From NCBI GenBank assembly GCA_965216875.1, contig OZ244207.1, forward strand, positions 288,001 through 352,000: a stretch of DNA of 64,000 nucleotides. Direction: 5' to 3'. This DNA is from Rubripirellula sp. Its GTDB lineage: Bacteria > Planctomycetota > Planctomycetia > Pirellulales > Pirellulaceae. A program made the translations under genes and the position numbers. Numbering within the stretch: position 1 is the first letter of the stretch; each line of letters starts with the position of its first letter. Below the pieces are notes generated by a model. It ran no database searches. It was not told the origin of the DNA and saw nothing but the letters and a program-made list of their open reading frames with translations. This document shows positions 51,867 to 63,834 of this stretch, piece after piece.

Positions 51867-54043
51867 GGATCGACGACTCTCAGGGTCACGTTTGGGGAGG
51901 GCAGGAAAAGCGTCAGGTCTTGATCCTTGGCTGAGCCTTGCGCGGCGTTGACACGCTGGTCAGCGGTTTTGATCGCCGCTTTGATTGCGTCAAGCTGTGG
52001 GGCATTGGCCGGATCTTCACTGAGCTTTTGAAGGTGGGCTCGATACGCTTGGGCACGCTCGAGTGATTGGGGGTTGGGTTTGACCTTTAGTTTAGTTTCC
52101 GCTTGGAACCAGAGCGAATAAGTTCCGGCAGGAGCGTCTCCAGCCGCTTTGATTTCGAGCTCACCGGTCTCTTTGTCCGCGGCAATGGTCAGGTCGCCAC
52201 AGGTCACTTTGGGCGGCAAATCACGGGCGCGAAGCACGTAATTGACTTTGCCATTGTCGGCTCGAGTCAATTTCACAGGAATCTTCAGCGATTGACCTTT
52301 CTTCAGTTCGGCCACCGCTCCGTCGGAATGATGACCTTCGAAATGGACGCTCACCGGCAGGGTGTCTTTGTCCGAAACCGCAAGGGTCAACGCGGTCGTT
52401 TGACGGGATCGCACGAATTCTCGTAGCCTTCCTCGGCCCCAGCGGATGGCTGCAGGTTTGGCTTCAACGGTATACTCACCCTCTCCGATTCTCGCTTTGC
52501 CGGTGACCTTGGCATCGAACACAGCCGCTGGTGCATCGGTTGCCGCCGCGACCGTGATCTGTGTTTGGGTTTGATTGGCTGCGATCACAGCCGGTCCGGC
52601 GGTAACGCCCGTGGGTAAGCCATCGACCGTTAATTCGATTGCGCCGTTGAAGCCATCTTTGCGAATCGCAAAGACGCGTATTGCTTCGGTGCCGCCGCGA
52701 AAGAGTTGCGATCCGGCTTGGCGAAAGGCGTTGGCGTCTTTGTGTAAGAAGGGGCGGTAGGCGATCAGGTCGAATCCAGGTTCAGGTCGCCGGATGTCGA
52801 GGTAATATTGCTGGCGTCGACTCAGCATTTCGCCGGTATCAAGGTCTTTCACAACGGCGCGGTAGGTCGCTGATTCGGGAACGCTTAGCGTATGGCGACA
52901 GTCGGCGGACCAAAGTTTGATGCCGGCGTCGTTGATGTTCGGCATGTCATCGACGGTCGCGAGCGTTTTCCAAGTTCGGGTCTCGCTCTTGCCGTCAATC
53001 GCTTGTTCGATCACCAACCTGCAATCGGTCGGCTGCCCGATGCGTTCGGACACAACGTCGAATACGAAACGGTCACCTTTGTTGGCCGTGAACTCATAGG
53101 TGTCGACATCATGTTGATTGTCGAACCAAGCTTTCACCGTCGTGGGTAATGTGAGTGTCTTGGCATTTGAGGTTTCTTCGATCGCGGTGGCGCGAGCGTC
53201 AAGGCCATCGGGGATCGTGATGGCGGTCACGGAATCGAGTGTCGGAAGACCTTGTGACACATCGTCGTCAAACGCGGCGGCATGCTTTGCGTCTTGAGCA
53301 ACAAGCAAATAGGGATACTCTTCGCCACCACGATAGATCGCATCGTGGACTGCGAGTGTGAAGCTTGCCGGCGATTCGCTTTCAACGACGAGCGTTGGAT
53401 CGATGTCATCCGACCCTGTCTGCGTCATCACCGTGCGCCCTTTGGCATCAAGCAAAGTGAGGACCGGGATTGCTGCCGAATCGACTCGTGCTGCGAGGCA
53501 ATCGATCCGCAAGGTGCTGCCGGCATCGACATCGACTTGATAGTAGTGCACGTTGCCTGTGGCGGTTTTGGCGTGCACCATCGTCTTTGTCGCGAGCGCG
53601 GTTGGCTCGGCGGCGTTGGTACTTGGCGAGACCAACGCGTCGCTGTCGAGGGCGTGGACGAACAGCACACGCGGATTCGACACGCCATGTCGACCGACAC
53701 AGCGAACGTCATAACGCCCCGCGGGGACTTCTTCGGCAACCGTTACCCGAAAGTGTCCGTAGCGTGGTTGCCGCGATTCCTGGTACGGCAGCGGATCGTC
53801 GGTCAGCAACTCGGCCGAGATGCCAGGGTGCGAGAATCGAAGCTCGGTGACTTCATCAAGTCGTGAACCAGCGGATGGTCGCAGCTCAAAGGTTGTTCCC
53901 GACTTTGCGGCAACTTGCGAAACAGCAGTGAGTTCGTAGATGGGCAGCTGCGCGGAAGCGACCTTGACGCCAAGCAGCGCAAAGAGCGACAACGCGACGC
54001 GAGCGACCGATCGCTGAAGTGTTTTTGAAAGTAAACGTGGCAT
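51863..54043 (-). CDS. PPC-domain (pre-peptidase C-terminal) containing secreted protein
   Basis: GRYDVRCVGRHGVSNPR, DVDTYEF, YRGG..YPY.L; TGATG coupling to the upstream gene. Confidence 0.8.
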   Translation of the reverse strand: MPRLLSKTLQRSVARVALSLFALLGVKVASAQLPIYELTAVSQVAAKSGTTFELRPSAGSRLDEVTELRFSHPGISAELLTDDPLPYQESRQPRYGHFRVTVAEEVPAGRYDVRCVGRHGVSNPRVLFVHALDSDALVSPSTNAAEPTALATKTMVHAKTATGNVHYYQVDVDAGSTLRIDCLAARVDSAAIPVLTLLDAKGRTVMTQTGSDDIDPTLVVESESPASFTLAVHDAIYRGGEEYPYLLVAQDAKHAAAFDDDVSQGLPTLDSVTAITIPDGLDARATAIEETSNAKTLTLPTTVKAWFDNQHDVDTYEFTANKGDRFVFDVVSERIGQPTDCRLVIEQAIDGKSETRTWKTLATVDDMPNINDAGIKLWSADCRHTLSVPESATYRAVVKDLDTGEMLSRRQQYYLDIRRPEPGFDLIAYRPFLHKDANAFRQAGSQLFRGGTEAIRVFAIRKDGFNGAIELTVDGLPTGVTAGPAVIAANQTQTQITVAAATDAPAAVFDAKVTGKARIGEGEYTVEAKPAAIRWGRGRLREFVRSRQTTALTLAVSDKDTLPVSVHFEGHHSDGAVAELKKGQSLKIPVKLTRADNGKVNYVLRARDLPPKVTCGDLTIAADKETGELEIKAAGDAPAGTYSLWFQAETKLKVKPNPQSLERAQAYRAHLQKLSEDPANAPQLDAIKAAIKTADQRVNAAQGSAKDQDLTLFLPSPNVTLRVVDP

Positions 54044-56553
54044 CAGTGATTGAACATGAATTCTTTGGAATTGACCAATCCCCAAACCACGTCCTCGTAA
54101 GCTTGGCGGCGATCCTCCTTGCCTTGGACATACTTAACGGTTGCAGTGAGTTCTTCGTTGCGCGGCGATCGGCTGAAAGCGATCAAGTAGAGCTCGCGAA
54201 CCTTGTCTTCGTCGCTGCGCGGGTCGGAGGCCATCGATGCTGCGCGTCCATCGTCGGTCGATAGCTTGGCCTGCATCTCTTCCGAATTGAGCAGGTGCAA
54301 GCTTTGCGCGAGGTTGGCTTCCTGTGATCGTTCGCATTCGCAGGCGGTGCGCGCGTCGGGCTTTCCGAAGACATCAAGGAAGTAGGAACTGAACCCGGAG
54401 TCGGGCAGTTCAATCGCTCGTGTTCCGGCGGGCAAGCCTGCAAAGCTCGTGCGGCTTGACGCAACACGGTCCACTGCGTCGAGCAAGACTTCGGCGTTGA
54501 GACGTTTGGGATAGAAACGCGAATGACTGCGCCGGTCGGCGAGGTTGCCATCAGCAGCCTCGCTGGACGAACCGTACACGCGCGAGTTGCAAATCAGACG
54601 CACAAGATCCTTCAGGTCGTAACTCGATTCGACGAGCGAAGTCGCCATCGCGTCGAGTAACTCGGGATTAGAAGGAGGGTTGGTCACGCGCATGTCGTCT
54701 TCCGGTTCGACGATGCCGCGGCCCAGGAAGTGTTTCCAGTATCGATTGGCGAGTGAACGGGCAAAGAACGGATTGTTCGGGTTGGTCATCCAGTCGGCCA
54801 AGTGCTTTCGCGGGTCATCGGTCGTCGCGATCGCAAGCTCGCCGCCATCGAGTCCGGCTGGCTTCAAACCCTGTCTGGTTTTTGGATGGGGGGCCGATGC
54901 ACCTCCAACGCGAGAAATGAATCGCGGCTCGTTCTTGTCCGCCACATCCTTCTTGCTCACCAGCGTGAAGAAGGCGGACATTTGTGCGTAGTTCTTTTGG
55001 CTCCACTTTTCGTACGGGTGATGATGACACCGCGCACATTGAATGCGTTGCCCTAAGAAGAGCTGAGCGACATCTTCGACGCGTTGGTTGGTGTCGGGGA
55101 CTTGGCGAAGCCACGCGACTGCTGGGTTGCTTGCGACCGTGCCGGAAGCGGTGACCAGTTCACGGACCAATTGGTCGTACGGTTTGTTGACACGAAAACT
55201 CTCTTTCAACCAGCGGTGAAACGCCAGCGTGCTCAATTGCAAATTGCCGCCGTCACGCGAGTTGCGCAGGATGCCGCTCCATTTTTGAGCGAAGAAGCTT
55301 GCGTAGTCATCGCTATCAAGTAAGCGATCGACAAGCAGCGCTCGCTTGTCCCCGCGAGCGTCGTCAACAAACTCATTGACTTCGGCAAGCGTCGGTAACC
55401 GGCCAGCGATGTCGAGTGTGGTGCGCCGGATAAAGGTCGCGTCGTCACATGGAGGTGCGGGGGGAATGCCCAGTGATTTAAGTTTGGCGTAGACCTTTTC
55501 GTCGATCACGTTGTTTGGTTTTGGCCACTGCTCGTCGGTCCAATCGTTAGTGGCGCCGAGCGGTATGTCGGCTCGAAAGACCGTCACCTGTCCTTGAAAC
55601 CGAGCCATCACGGCGACATCGCCAAACATCTTTTCGAGTTTGACCAAGCCGTTTGGTGTCACGTCAGCCATTTCCGAATCATTCGACTCGTAGACCGCAG
55701 CGCCGGTGATGTCTTCGGTCGATCCGTCGGCATAGGTGGCAACGACTGAAAGTTGTTGCGTCGCACTCGCTTCGAGTCGGCGTTGTTTCGGAAACACGTC
55801 GATCGAAACGACTTCGTTGGCCGCTTCGCCCTTCTGCATGCCGGTGGCGATCCAACGCCGCAGCATACGATACTCGTGTGAGTCTTTCTCGAGTCGTTGG
55901 CCGCCACCATGGGGCGACGCGTTGATGGCTTTGGTCAGTAAAAGACTCTCGTCGGGCGAAGCTGGCGAAAGTCGACGTCCGCGTGATTCGACCACCAGAT
56001 GCTCGTAGTCTTCTTGTGGTTCGAAGCCAAGCAGCGAAAGTCGAAAGCCGTTTTGCCCTGCAATCTTGCCATGGCAGCCACCGCCGTTACAGCCCAACTT
56101 GGTAAAGATGGGGACGATCTGGCCGGCGAAGCTTGGTGGCACTTGGTGCCCAACGCCAGTCACTTCGATCGTGGTCGCGGCTTGCGTGCCTTGGTCGTCG
56201 ATCGCGGTGATTTGAACCGTGCCATCGGCGATCGGCGTTACCATCGCGGAGTCGATGCTGACGATTCCGCTGGGTTCCGTTTTGAATTCGACCTTGTGTG
56301 TCCAATCACGCAGATGGCCTGGTTCGAATTCGGCGGTGACGATCAATTGAAGCCGCGCGTCACGACCACGAAGCGTGCGCTCGAGCCCCTTGGGTTGCTC
56401 GTCGGTTGTCTCGGCAACGCCATTCTCAATTCGAAGCGACGAGGGTTTTTCAGCCTGCGCCGTCGCTGCACCATGGGATGTCATTGCCCCGATGAATAAC
56501 GCCATCACGCAATGGTTCGCGAAACGCAATGGCGTTCGACAAAGCAACGTCAT
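54043..56553 (-). CDS. DUF1549/DUF1553 (PSCyt2/PSD1) protein with Ig-like domains
   Basis: CNGGGCHG, FIRRTTLDIAGRLPT, CARCHHHP, NRYWKHFLGRG, CECER; start approximate. Confidence 0.92.
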   Translation of the reverse strand: MTLLCRTPLRFANHCVMALFIGAMTSHGAATAQAEKPSSLRIENGVAETTDEQPKGLERTLRGRDARLQLIVTAEFEPGHLRDWTHKVEFKTEPSGIVSIDSAMVTPIADGTVQITAIDDQGTQAATTIEVTGVGHQVPPSFAGQIVPIFTKLGCNGGGCHGKIAGQNGFRLSLLGFEPQEDYEHLVVESRGRRLSPASPDESLLLTKAINASPHGGGQRLEKDSHEYRMLRRWIATGMQKGEAANEVVSIDVFPKQRRLEASATQQLSVVATYADGSTEDITGAAVYESNDSEMADVTPNGLVKLEKMFGDVAVMARFQGQVTVFRADIPLGATNDWTDEQWPKPNNVIDEKVYAKLKSLGIPPAPPCDDATFIRRTTLDIAGRLPTLAEVNEFVDDARGDKRALLVDRLLDSDDYASFFAQKWSGILRNSRDGGNLQLSTLAFHRWLKESFRVNKPYDQLVRELVTASGTVASNPAVAWLRQVPDTNQRVEDVAQLFLGQRIQCARCHHHPYEKWSQKNYAQMSAFFTLVSKKDVADKNEPRFISRVGGASAPHPKTRQGLKPAGLDGGELAIATTDDPRKHLADWMTNPNNPFFARSLANRYWKHFLGRGIVEPEDDMRVTNPPSNPELLDAMATSLVESSYDLKDLVRLICNSRVYGSSSEAADGNLADRRSHSRFYPKRLNAEVLLDAVDRVASSRTSFAGLPAGTRAIELPDSGFSSYFLDVFGKPDARTACECERSQEANLAQSLHLLNSEEMQAKLSTDDGRAASMASDPRSDEDKVRELYLIAFSRSPRNEELTATVKYVQGKEDRRQAYEDVVWGLVNSKEFMFNH

Positions 56554-56627
56554 CAATACCAACTTGGTTGGAGAAACGAACGATTCCAATCTGGGAATGC
56601 GGGGGAAGGACTCTCGCAATGAAAACC

Positions 56628-56673
56628 ATTCCCTCCCCGGACTTTGCGTCCCAACCTCCCGCAAGCGGGAGGG
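56628..56673. repeat. CCCTCCC-family REP
   Basis: ATTCCCTCCCCGGACTTTGCGTCCCAACCTCCCGCAAGCGGGAGGG. Confidence 0.75.
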
Positions 56674-56695
56674 GGATTTCTGGTGCGCAATCGGA

Positions 56696-58042
56696 TTACG
56701 AAACCAGTTCGCTGATAGGTGGGTGATCAACTAAGTATTGCGGGCGACCGGTTGGATCCGGGATCGTGACCGTGGCGGTATCGATCCCCAAGTTGTGATA
56801 GAGGGTCGCCATGATCTCTTGCATGTGAACCGGACGGTTTGCCGGTTCTTCGCCCATGCGGTTGGTCGACCCGATCGCTTGTCCCGTGTTCATTCCGCCA
56901 CCGGCAAGGTAGGCGCAGCTCACGCGAGTCCAGTGGTCGCGACCAGCGTTCTTGTTGATCTTGGGTGTGCGTCCGAATTCGCCCCAAACCGCGATCGTCA
57001 CGTCATCAAGCATGCCGCGCTGATCAAGGTCTTCGATCAAGGCACTGAGTGCTTGATCGAGCTTGCCGCCGTGGTCTCGGACCAAATCAAAGTTCTGGCC
57101 GTGACTGTCCCAACGACCGAAACTGAGGCTGACAACACGGCAACCGGCTTCGATCAGTCGTCTTGCGATCAGAAGATGATCGTTGCACGTCGGGGCGCCG
57201 TCGTATTGGTAGTTGTAGGGTTTGCCGTCGCCGTAGCGCTCGACGATCTTCGGATCTTCTTTGCTCAAGTCGAGGGCGTCGACCATCTTGCTGCTGGTCA
57301 GGACGTCGAGGGCCCGTTTGCCAAAGGCATCCATTCCCTCCATCGTTCCGGTGATGTCGATGTCGCGACGCATCGTGTCGATTTGACCAAGCAGCTTGCG
57401 ACGGTCGGCAAGACGATCAAGGGTGATGCCATTGAGCGTCATGTTCTTCATGCCCTCGCCATCAGGCTTGAAGGGAGCATACGCCGAACCGAGGAAACCA
57501 GGTGTGCCTGAATCAGACCAAGGCACATGTTTCGTTTTGGCCGCCAATCCGACATAGGGTGGCACGGAGGGATCCACCGGACCGTAAAGTTTTGAAACGG
57601 CACTGCCGAGTGCGGGGCGTCCGCCAACACTGCGCAGGTCGTTTTTGTTCCAACCTGTCATGCATTGAAACGCCTCGTGACCGCCGCTGCATCCAACGAC
57701 GCTGCGAATCACTGCGGCTTTGTCCATCAGACCGGCAAGCTTCGGAAAGACTTCGCAGATCTCGATGCCGGGAACGTTTGTCTTGATCGGACTGAACTCG
57801 CCGCGAACTTCGCTCGGCGCGTCCGACTTGATTTCCCACATGTCCTGGTGAGGCGGTCCGCCGGCCAGGAAAATGTTGATGAGTGATTTCTGTGGTTTGG
57901 AATCTCCACTGGCTGCTTCGGCACGAAGCAAATCGGCGAGCGTGAAGCCGCCGACGCCAAAGGACAGACCACCAACTTTCAAGAAACCGCGTCGCGACAC
58001 TCCGTCGCAGAAACGGCTCGCTGGGCCAAGGATCGACAACAT
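56696..58042 (-). CDS. DUF1501 family Tat-exported protein
   Basis: [43 protein letters not shown]. Confidence 0.93.
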   Translation of the reverse strand: MLSILGPASRFCDGVSRRGFLKVGGLSFGVGGFTLADLLRAEAASGDSKPQKSLINIFLAGGPPHQDMWEIKSDAPSEVRGEFSPIKTNVPGIEICEVFPKLAGLMDKAAVIRSVVGCSGGHEAFQCMTGWNKNDLRSVGGRPALGSAVSKLYGPVDPSVPPYVGLAAKTKHVPWSDSGTPGFLGSAYAPFKPDGEGMKNMTLNGITLDRLADRRKLLGQIDTMRRDIDITGTMEGMDAFGKRALDVLTSSKMVDALDLSKEDPKIVERYGDGKPYNYQYDGAPTCNDHLLIARRLIEAGCRVVSLSFGRWDSHGQNFDLVRDHGGKLDQALSALIEDLDQRGMLDDVTIAVWGEFGRTPKINKNAGRDHWTRVSCAYLAGGGMNTGQAIGSTNRMGEEPANRPVHMQEIMATLYHNLGIDTATVTIPDPTGRPQYLVDHPPISELVS

Positions 58043-58212
58043 AGCAATCGCCGAAATTGAGGAAGGGATGGTGAGGCGGGCAACCGATGGTCGTTCGAAT
58101 TCCGTCGACCGACTAAGGGTTGTGAGATACCCATCGTAGCCCAACGAGTGCGCTTCCGGCAAGCTTTCCTCCCACGACCCACCCCGAAAGAGGGTTGCGC
58201 CTGTTCACCGGT

Positions 58213-58365
58213 CGTGAGCCGTACGCGCCAGCGTCGCGGATCGGGTTGCGGACAATCACCCTCCCGCTTGCGGGACGGTCGGACGCAAAGTCCGGGGAGG
58301 GAACGGTTTTTTCAAAACAAACCGTCTGCGGGCCTTAGGGCCCGACGCTAGCGCGGTGGGTGCAC
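58213..58365. repeat. REP mosaic (CCCTCCC family at 58257-58303 plus GAGCCG/GCCCGACGCTA-type palindromes)
   Basis: CACCCTCCCGCTTGCGGGACGGTCGGACGCAAAGTCCGGGGAGGG; GCCCGACGCTAGCGCGG. Confidence 0.65.
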
Positions 58366-58418
58366 GGGGTGAGCCGGCGGGCGAGCAGATTCCGGCGAAA
58401 GCTCGGTACTACAAACGA

Positions 58419-59357
58419 CTAACCGCGAGGGACGCTTGCTTCGCGCATGGCGACCGAAAGGTGCTGGAAGCTTGAATTGAGCGCTGCGATTGGGTCGTAA
58501 CCGGGCTTGCGCCAGATTTGCGAGCTTACTTCGACGCAAATGTCGCCGCGGTAACCGCCTTGATAAAAGAGGCGGAAGAGTTTGGCGTAGTCGATCGTCT
58601 TGGCTCCGCCTGGCAAATCGAATCGAACACCCGAGTCGGTTTCGACGGCGTCTTTGACGGCGATCCCGCCGGTGATGGAAAGTGATTGTTGGACCATTTG
58701 GTCCATGGGCAGATCACGAAACGCAAAATGGCTGTAGTCGAACCACATGCTTAGCCGTTTGGGTTTGCCGAGTTCCGCCAGGACCCATGCAGCCTCGCTT
58801 GGTTTGGTCATCGCGTGACCACGATGTGGCTTGAAGGCAATGTTGGTTTCGGTTTCGTCGGCGACTTTGACCCAATCGGCCAATCTCTCGACGCAAAGTT
58901 GGTCGACTTCGCCCCAGTTCTTGCCCCCCAATACCGTTTGCACCGTTGGCGGGGCATCGGGGGCAAGGTCGTGAGCAAGCTCGCAGGCACGCTTCAACCG
59001 CTCGACATCCTTTTTGTGCTGTCCTTCGGTTCCGATCGGTCGCAGGTTGGCCAACAGTGAAGTCAACCGCAGCGACTTGTCCTTCAGAAAGCCGCTGACC
59101 TTCTTGCGTCGGTCTGCCGTCAGATTCTCGGGAGATGAATCGCGATCGGGAAGGATACAGATTTCAATACTGTTGTATCCGACCGAAGCGACTGCGGTGA
59201 TCGCAGCTTCGAGTGAGTGCTTGGGCAAACCATAGGTGCCAAATCCGAGGGAACATTTCGCCGGATCGCTTGCGGCGTGTGCTTGGTTGGGAGCCAAGAG
59301 AGCAGCGACGGCCGTCGCAGAAAGTGTGCACAAGGCACTGCGTCGGTTGGGCATCAT
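58419..59357 (-). CDS. Tat-exported sugar phosphate isomerase/epimerase (xylose-isomerase-like TIM barrel)
   Basis: NRRSAL Tat motif, GYNSIE, FKPH, FDYSHF, VKD, GYRGDICVE. Confidence 0.85.
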   Translation of the reverse strand: MMPNRRSALCTLSATAVAALLAPNQAHAASDPAKCSLGFGTYGLPKHSLEAAITAVASVGYNSIEICILPDRDSSPENLTADRRKKVSGFLKDKSLRLTSLLANLRPIGTEGQHKKDVERLKRACELAHDLAPDAPPTVQTVLGGKNWGEVDQLCVERLADWVKVADETETNIAFKPHRGHAMTKPSEAAWVLAELGKPKRLSMWFDYSHFAFRDLPMDQMVQQSLSITGGIAVKDAVETDSGVRFDLPGGAKTIDYAKLFRLFYQGGYRGDICVEVSSQIWRKPGYDPIAALNSSFQHLSVAMREASVPRG

Positions 59358-59638
59358 CGGTAGGCGCTTTGGGGGAGTTCGGGGCAAGTTGACTCCATTC
59401 TATTTGACTTGTGATTCCCCTGCCAATCGCAGAATCTTGGTCAGAAGAGTTTCACGCCGCTCGGTAACGATGCCAAACGTTTTCAACGAAAAACGCGCGG
59501 CTTTCATCGCGATCGTTTCGAACCCCATTTTTTGAGGTCTCTGACACGCCAATTGCGAATGTGAAGCAGCCGAGAACGCTAAGCTAGTCTTAGCAATCTT
59601 GTCTTGTGTTGTGAAACAAACTCTTCGGAATCAAATCG

Positions 59639-61129
59639 ATGGCGGTTGTCCTCGCGTTCGATCAGGGAACGACAAGTTCTCGCGCAATCCTATTCGATCA
59701 GTCGCGCGCGATTCTTGGCGTCGCGCAAAAGGAATTCACTCAGCACTATCCCGAGCCAGGTTGGGTCGAACACGACGCCAACGAAATTTGGTCGACCCAA
59801 TTAGCTGTCGGGCAAGAAGTGCTAGAACAGACGGGGATTTCAGCAAACGATGTTGCCGCAATAGGGATCACCAACCAGCGTGAAACGACGGTCCTTTGGG
59901 ATCGCAAGACGGGCAAGCCGATCTTCAACGCGATTGTTTGGCAGGATCGGCGTACGGCCGGAATGTGCAAAGCGATGTCGGGGCACATCAATGCGGTCCA
60001 AGAGAAAACCGGCTTGCTGATCGATTCCTACTTTTGCGCAACCAAAATCAAGTGGTTGCTCGAAAACGTGGATGGGGCACGTGACAAAGCGGAGCGTTGC
60101 GAGTTGGCGTTCGGGACGATCGACAGTTGGCTGATTTGGAACTTGACCGGCGGGCGCGTTCATGCGACGGATGTCACGAACGCGTCACGCACGATGTTGA
60201 TGAATTTACATACCTGCCAGTGGGACGACGATCTGCTTGACCTGTTTGGCATTCCCAAATCGTTGTTGCCGGAAATCAAACCATCGAGTCATCGATACGG
60301 AAAAAGTGACGCAAACCTGCTCGGCTCCGAAATCACGATTGGCGGTGCGGCTGGCGATCAGCAATCAGCGTTGTTCGGTCAGAACTGTACCGAAAACGGA
60401 ATGGCCAAAAACACATACGGAACAGGCTGCTTTTTGTTGATGAATGTCGGGCAGTCTCCACCGCTGTCCAAATCGAAACTGCTCACGACGGTTGCCTGCA
60501 GTACTGGCGGCCCCACCCAATACGCTCTTGAAGGCAGCGTGTTCATTGGGGGCGCGACCGTGCAGTGGTTACGAGACGGACTGGGAATCATCAAATCTTC
60601 CGAAGAGGTCGAGGCGCTGGCTCGTAGTGTTCCCGATAGTGGCGGCGTTTACCTCGTCCCCGCGTTCGCTGGTCTCGGCGCACCTCACTGGGACCCGTAC
60701 GCGCGCGGAGCGATGATTGGGATCACACGTGGAACGAATCAAGGGCACATCGCGAGGGCTGCGCTCGAAGCCATCGCGTTCCAAGTCGCCGATGTTCTCG
60801 AAGCGATGAAAACGGATTCGGGCATTGCAATCGAACAGTTGCGTGTCGATGGTGGCGCGTGCGCGAACAATCTGCTCATGCAATTCCAGGCTGACATTCT
60901 GCAGGTTCCAGTGGTGCGCCCGAAGGTGATCGAAACGACAGCGCTCGGGGCGGCATTGCTCGCGGGTCTGTCGGTCGGAGTCTGGACGGGCGATGATGCC
61001 TTTGACGACTCATCAGCTGATGCGATCATCGACAAACGGTTTGAACCGGCCATGTCACAGAGAGAAGTGGACGCGCGTCGCGAGCGATGGCACGATGCGC
61101 TTCAGCGATCACGCGAGTGGGCAACATGA
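59639..61129 (+). CDS. glpK: Glycerol kinase
   Basis: [48 protein letters not shown]. Confidence 0.97.
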   Translation: MAVVLAFDQGTTSSRAILFDQSRAILGVAQKEFTQHYPEPGWVEHDANEIWSTQLAVGQEVLEQTGISANDVAAIGITNQRETTVLWDRKTGKPIFNAIVWQDRRTAGMCKAMSGHINAVQEKTGLLIDSYFCATKIKWLLENVDGARDKAERCELAFGTIDSWLIWNLTGGRVHATDVTNASRTMLMNLHTCQWDDDLLDLFGIPKSLLPEIKPSSHRYGKSDANLLGSEITIGGAAGDQQSALFGQNCTENGMAKNTYGTGCFLLMNVGQSPPLSKSKLLTTVACSTGGPTQYALEGSVFIGGATVQWLRDGLGIIKSSEEVEALARSVPDSGGVYLVPAFAGLGAPHWDPYARGAMIGITRGTNQGHIARAALEAIAFQVADVLEAMKTDSGIAIEQLRVDGGACANNLLMQFQADILQVPVVRPKVIETTALGAALLAGLSVGVWTGDDAFDDSSADAIIDKRFEPAMSQREVDARRERWHDALQRSREWAT

Positions 61130-62721
61130 ATTCGCAATCGAATCCGTTTACGCGGGAAGCCGGTCTGCAGCGTCTCGAAGCACGCCAACAACCTTGGGAC
61201 GTGATCGTGATTGGTGGCGGTGCCACCGGAGTCGGCATCGCACTCGACGCAGCGTCGAGAGAGTTGGATGTGTTGCTGGTCGAACAGAGCGACTTTGGCA
61301 AAGGAACGTCAAGCCGCAGCACGAAGCTCGTTCACGGTGGTGTTCGGTATCTCAAGCAAGGCAACCTGACACTTGTCCGCGATGCGCTGCGCGAGAGAGC
61401 GTTGCTAAAACGGAACGCCCCTCACCTGGTTCACGACCTCTCTTTTTTGATCCCGTGCGCCTCACGCTGGGAGCGTTTCTTTTATGGGACAGGACTCAAA
61501 CTCTACGATTTCTTGGCATGGGGGGACGAATTCGGAACGTCTGCTGCGGTGCCCAAGCAAAAGGCGATTGACCTTGCGCCGTCGATCAACCCACAAGGGT
61601 TACACGGAGGTGTGCTTTATCACGATGGACAATTCGATGACGCGCGGTTGCTGATCAACATGGCGCGCACCGCCAGCGACCACGGCGCTTGCCTGTTGAA
61701 TTATGTTGCCGCCAAAGGGCTCATGAAGACAAGCGACGGATGCGTTTGTGGTGTCGAAATGGAGGATGCCGAAAGTGGACGCACCTTCGAAGCGAAGGCT
61801 CGTTCGGTCGTCAACGCAGCAGGTCCGTTCTGTGACGCGGTGCGCGAACTTGACCAGCCCGATGGGGAAAAGATGCTGTCGGTCAGTCAAGGCGTCCACC
61901 TTGTTGTCCAGCGCAAGCACTTTCCGTCCGACGTCGCGTTGATGGTCCCCAAGACTTCCGATGGACGAGTCATCTTCATCATTCCGTGGCATGACCATGT
62001 CTTGATCGGGACGACCGACACCGAGATCGATCGACCGGAGCTCGAGCCCCGTTCTTTCCCGCAGGAGATCGAGTTCCTGCTGGAAACGAGTTCACGCTTT
62101 TTGGCTTCGCCCCTTTCGAGGGCTGATGTGCGGAGCGTGTTCGTGGGCATTCGACCTTTGGTCAAAGGCGATCGTTCCGCAAAGACAGCGTCTCTTTCGC
62201 GGGACCATGTCATCAGGGAATCGGATTCGGGATTGATCACCATCGCAGGTGGGAAATGGACGACCGTTCGCAAGATGAGCGAAGACTGTGTCGATCATGT
62301 CGTGAAACAAAAAGGGCTTCACGCCAAGCCTTGCCAAACCGAATCGCTCAAGATTCATGGAAGCGTGCCGGAAGGCGAACTGCCTGTTGGTCCACGAGCC
62401 TACTATGGCAGCGACTTGAAGCAGATCGAAGCGATGGAAGCGACCGATCCTGGTTTGTCCGGAGCGATTGTGCACGGACTGCCGCTGAGCCGCAGCGACG
62501 TGCGTTGGGCGGTCCAGCAGGAAATGGCCAGGCAGGTCGAAGATGTGCTTGCCCGCCGCAGTCGAACGCTCGTGCTCGACAGCCAAGCTGCTCTCGCTGC
62601 GTCCGACGTGGTGGCACAGGAGATGGCAGCTTTGCTAAACAAAGATGCTGCATGGATCAGCCAGCAGCGTTGTGCATTTGAAGAGCTCGCCCTCAAATGC
62701 ACCTGCCCCAAAAACGCTTGA
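61126..62721 (+). CDS. glpD: FAD-dependent glycerol-3-phosphate dehydrogenase
   Basis: [45 protein letters not shown]. Confidence 0.95.
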   Translation: MNSQSNPFTREAGLQRLEARQQPWDVIVIGGGATGVGIALDAASRELDVLLVEQSDFGKGTSSRSTKLVHGGVRYLKQGNLTLVRDALRERALLKRNAPHLVHDLSFLIPCASRWERFFYGTGLKLYDFLAWGDEFGTSAAVPKQKAIDLAPSINPQGLHGGVLYHDGQFDDARLLINMARTASDHGACLLNYVAAKGLMKTSDGCVCGVEMEDAESGRTFEAKARSVVNAAGPFCDAVRELDQPDGEKMLSVSQGVHLVVQRKHFPSDVALMVPKTSDGRVIFIIPWHDHVLIGTTDTEIDRPELEPRSFPQEIEFLLETSSRFLASPLSRADVRSVFVGIRPLVKGDRSAKTASLSRDHVIRESDSGLITIAGGKWTTVRKMSEDCVDHVVKQKGLHAKPCQTESLKIHGSVPEGELPVGPRAYYGSDLKQIEAMEATDPGLSGAIVHGLPLSRSDVRWAVQQEMARQVEDVLARRSRTLVLDSQAALAASDVVAQEMAALLNKDAAWISQQRCAFEELALKCTCPKNA

Positions 62722-62872
62722 CAGGCCGAAAAAACAAACGCGCGGCCGATCTCCGAAACGCTCCCCGTGTGGAATGTTTCGAGCCCCAAGATCGCCGCGG
62801 CGTTCGTTAGCCCCATGAAGGCTAAAGCCTGTGCAGGCCAATGCCTTGTGCTGGACTAATGGGGGTATCGTC

Positions 62873-63547
62873 TTAGTTCTCTGCGGAACTTGCTACGTGT
62901 TTCCGCAATGTCGACAGCCCGTGGTAGCCAAACCGCATCAGCACGCGGTATTCCGTAGTTTTGGCGACCAATTCTGGCGTAGATTCCGCATCAAAGGATG
63001 ATAATAGCCGCGATCGTTCGATTTCGATTGTCCTTTGTGAGACATCAAGTTTGACAGCGATCGCCTTGCTGGGCAGGCCTTCGACGATCAAATCGAGGAC
63101 CCGGCGTTGCCGCTCGCTGGTCTTTGCCCAGCGGCGTTGGAGTTCCCGGTAGCGGTCGTAGATGTCGGTTTGACAGCGATCGTATTCAATCGCCTTTTCG
63201 ATGTACTGACGCAACATTCCAGGCTCGAACGGCTTTTCGAGCAGTGTGATGGCACCTTTCTCCATCACACGCACCGACGTTTCCACTGTCGCGGAATCCG
63301 AAATCACGATCATCGGAAGCGGATTGACGTGCTCGGCCAGTTGCCGATGCAGCTCGTCGCCGTTGAGCGACGGTTGTTTCATATCAACAATCAAACAGCC
63401 TGGGCGTCGAAAGGGTGCGTCAGCGAGAAACGCCTCCGAAGACGAATACGGGTGCGGCTGGCTCCCGTGTTCGGTCGCGATGGAGACCAACTCGTCGCGT
63501 TGTGCTGTCGAAGACTCGACAATGTAGACATGGCTTTGGGCGATCAT
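62873..63547 (-). CDS. FixJ-family response regulator (REC + LuxR HTH)
   Basis: SSEAFL..RPGCLIVDM, LLEKP, KAIAVKLDVSQRTIE. Confidence 0.88.
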   Translation of the reverse strand: MIAQSHVYIVESSTAQRDELVSIATEHGSQPHPYSSSEAFLADAPFRRPGCLIVDMKQPSLNGDELHRQLAEHVNPLPMIVISDSATVETSVRVMEKGAITLLEKPFEPGMLRQYIEKAIEYDRCQTDIYDRYRELQRRWAKTSERQRRVLDLIVEGLPSKAIAVKLDVSQRTIEIERSRLLSSFDAESTPELVAKTTEYRVLMRFGYHGLSTLRKHVASSAEN

Positions 63548-63834
63548 GATCCCAGTGGTGCAGCCAACGATCTGATCAACTGTTTTGAAGCAGTTTGAAG
63601 GGCGATCAGCGGATGCGGTCCATCCCAAGAAGTTGATGACGAGCTCGTCGAGAGAATCACGTGACTGACTGATGAGTTCTCGTCGTTGACGGGCCGATCA
63701 TAGCACGGCATTTGCACCCTCGAAATAACAAGTATCATGCGGTTTACCAATCGCCATTACGGTAATCCGCAGAACAAAAACACCGCTATGGGTAAAGCCG
63801 AAACGACCTCACGTCGTTTTGAAGTTTGAGCCCG

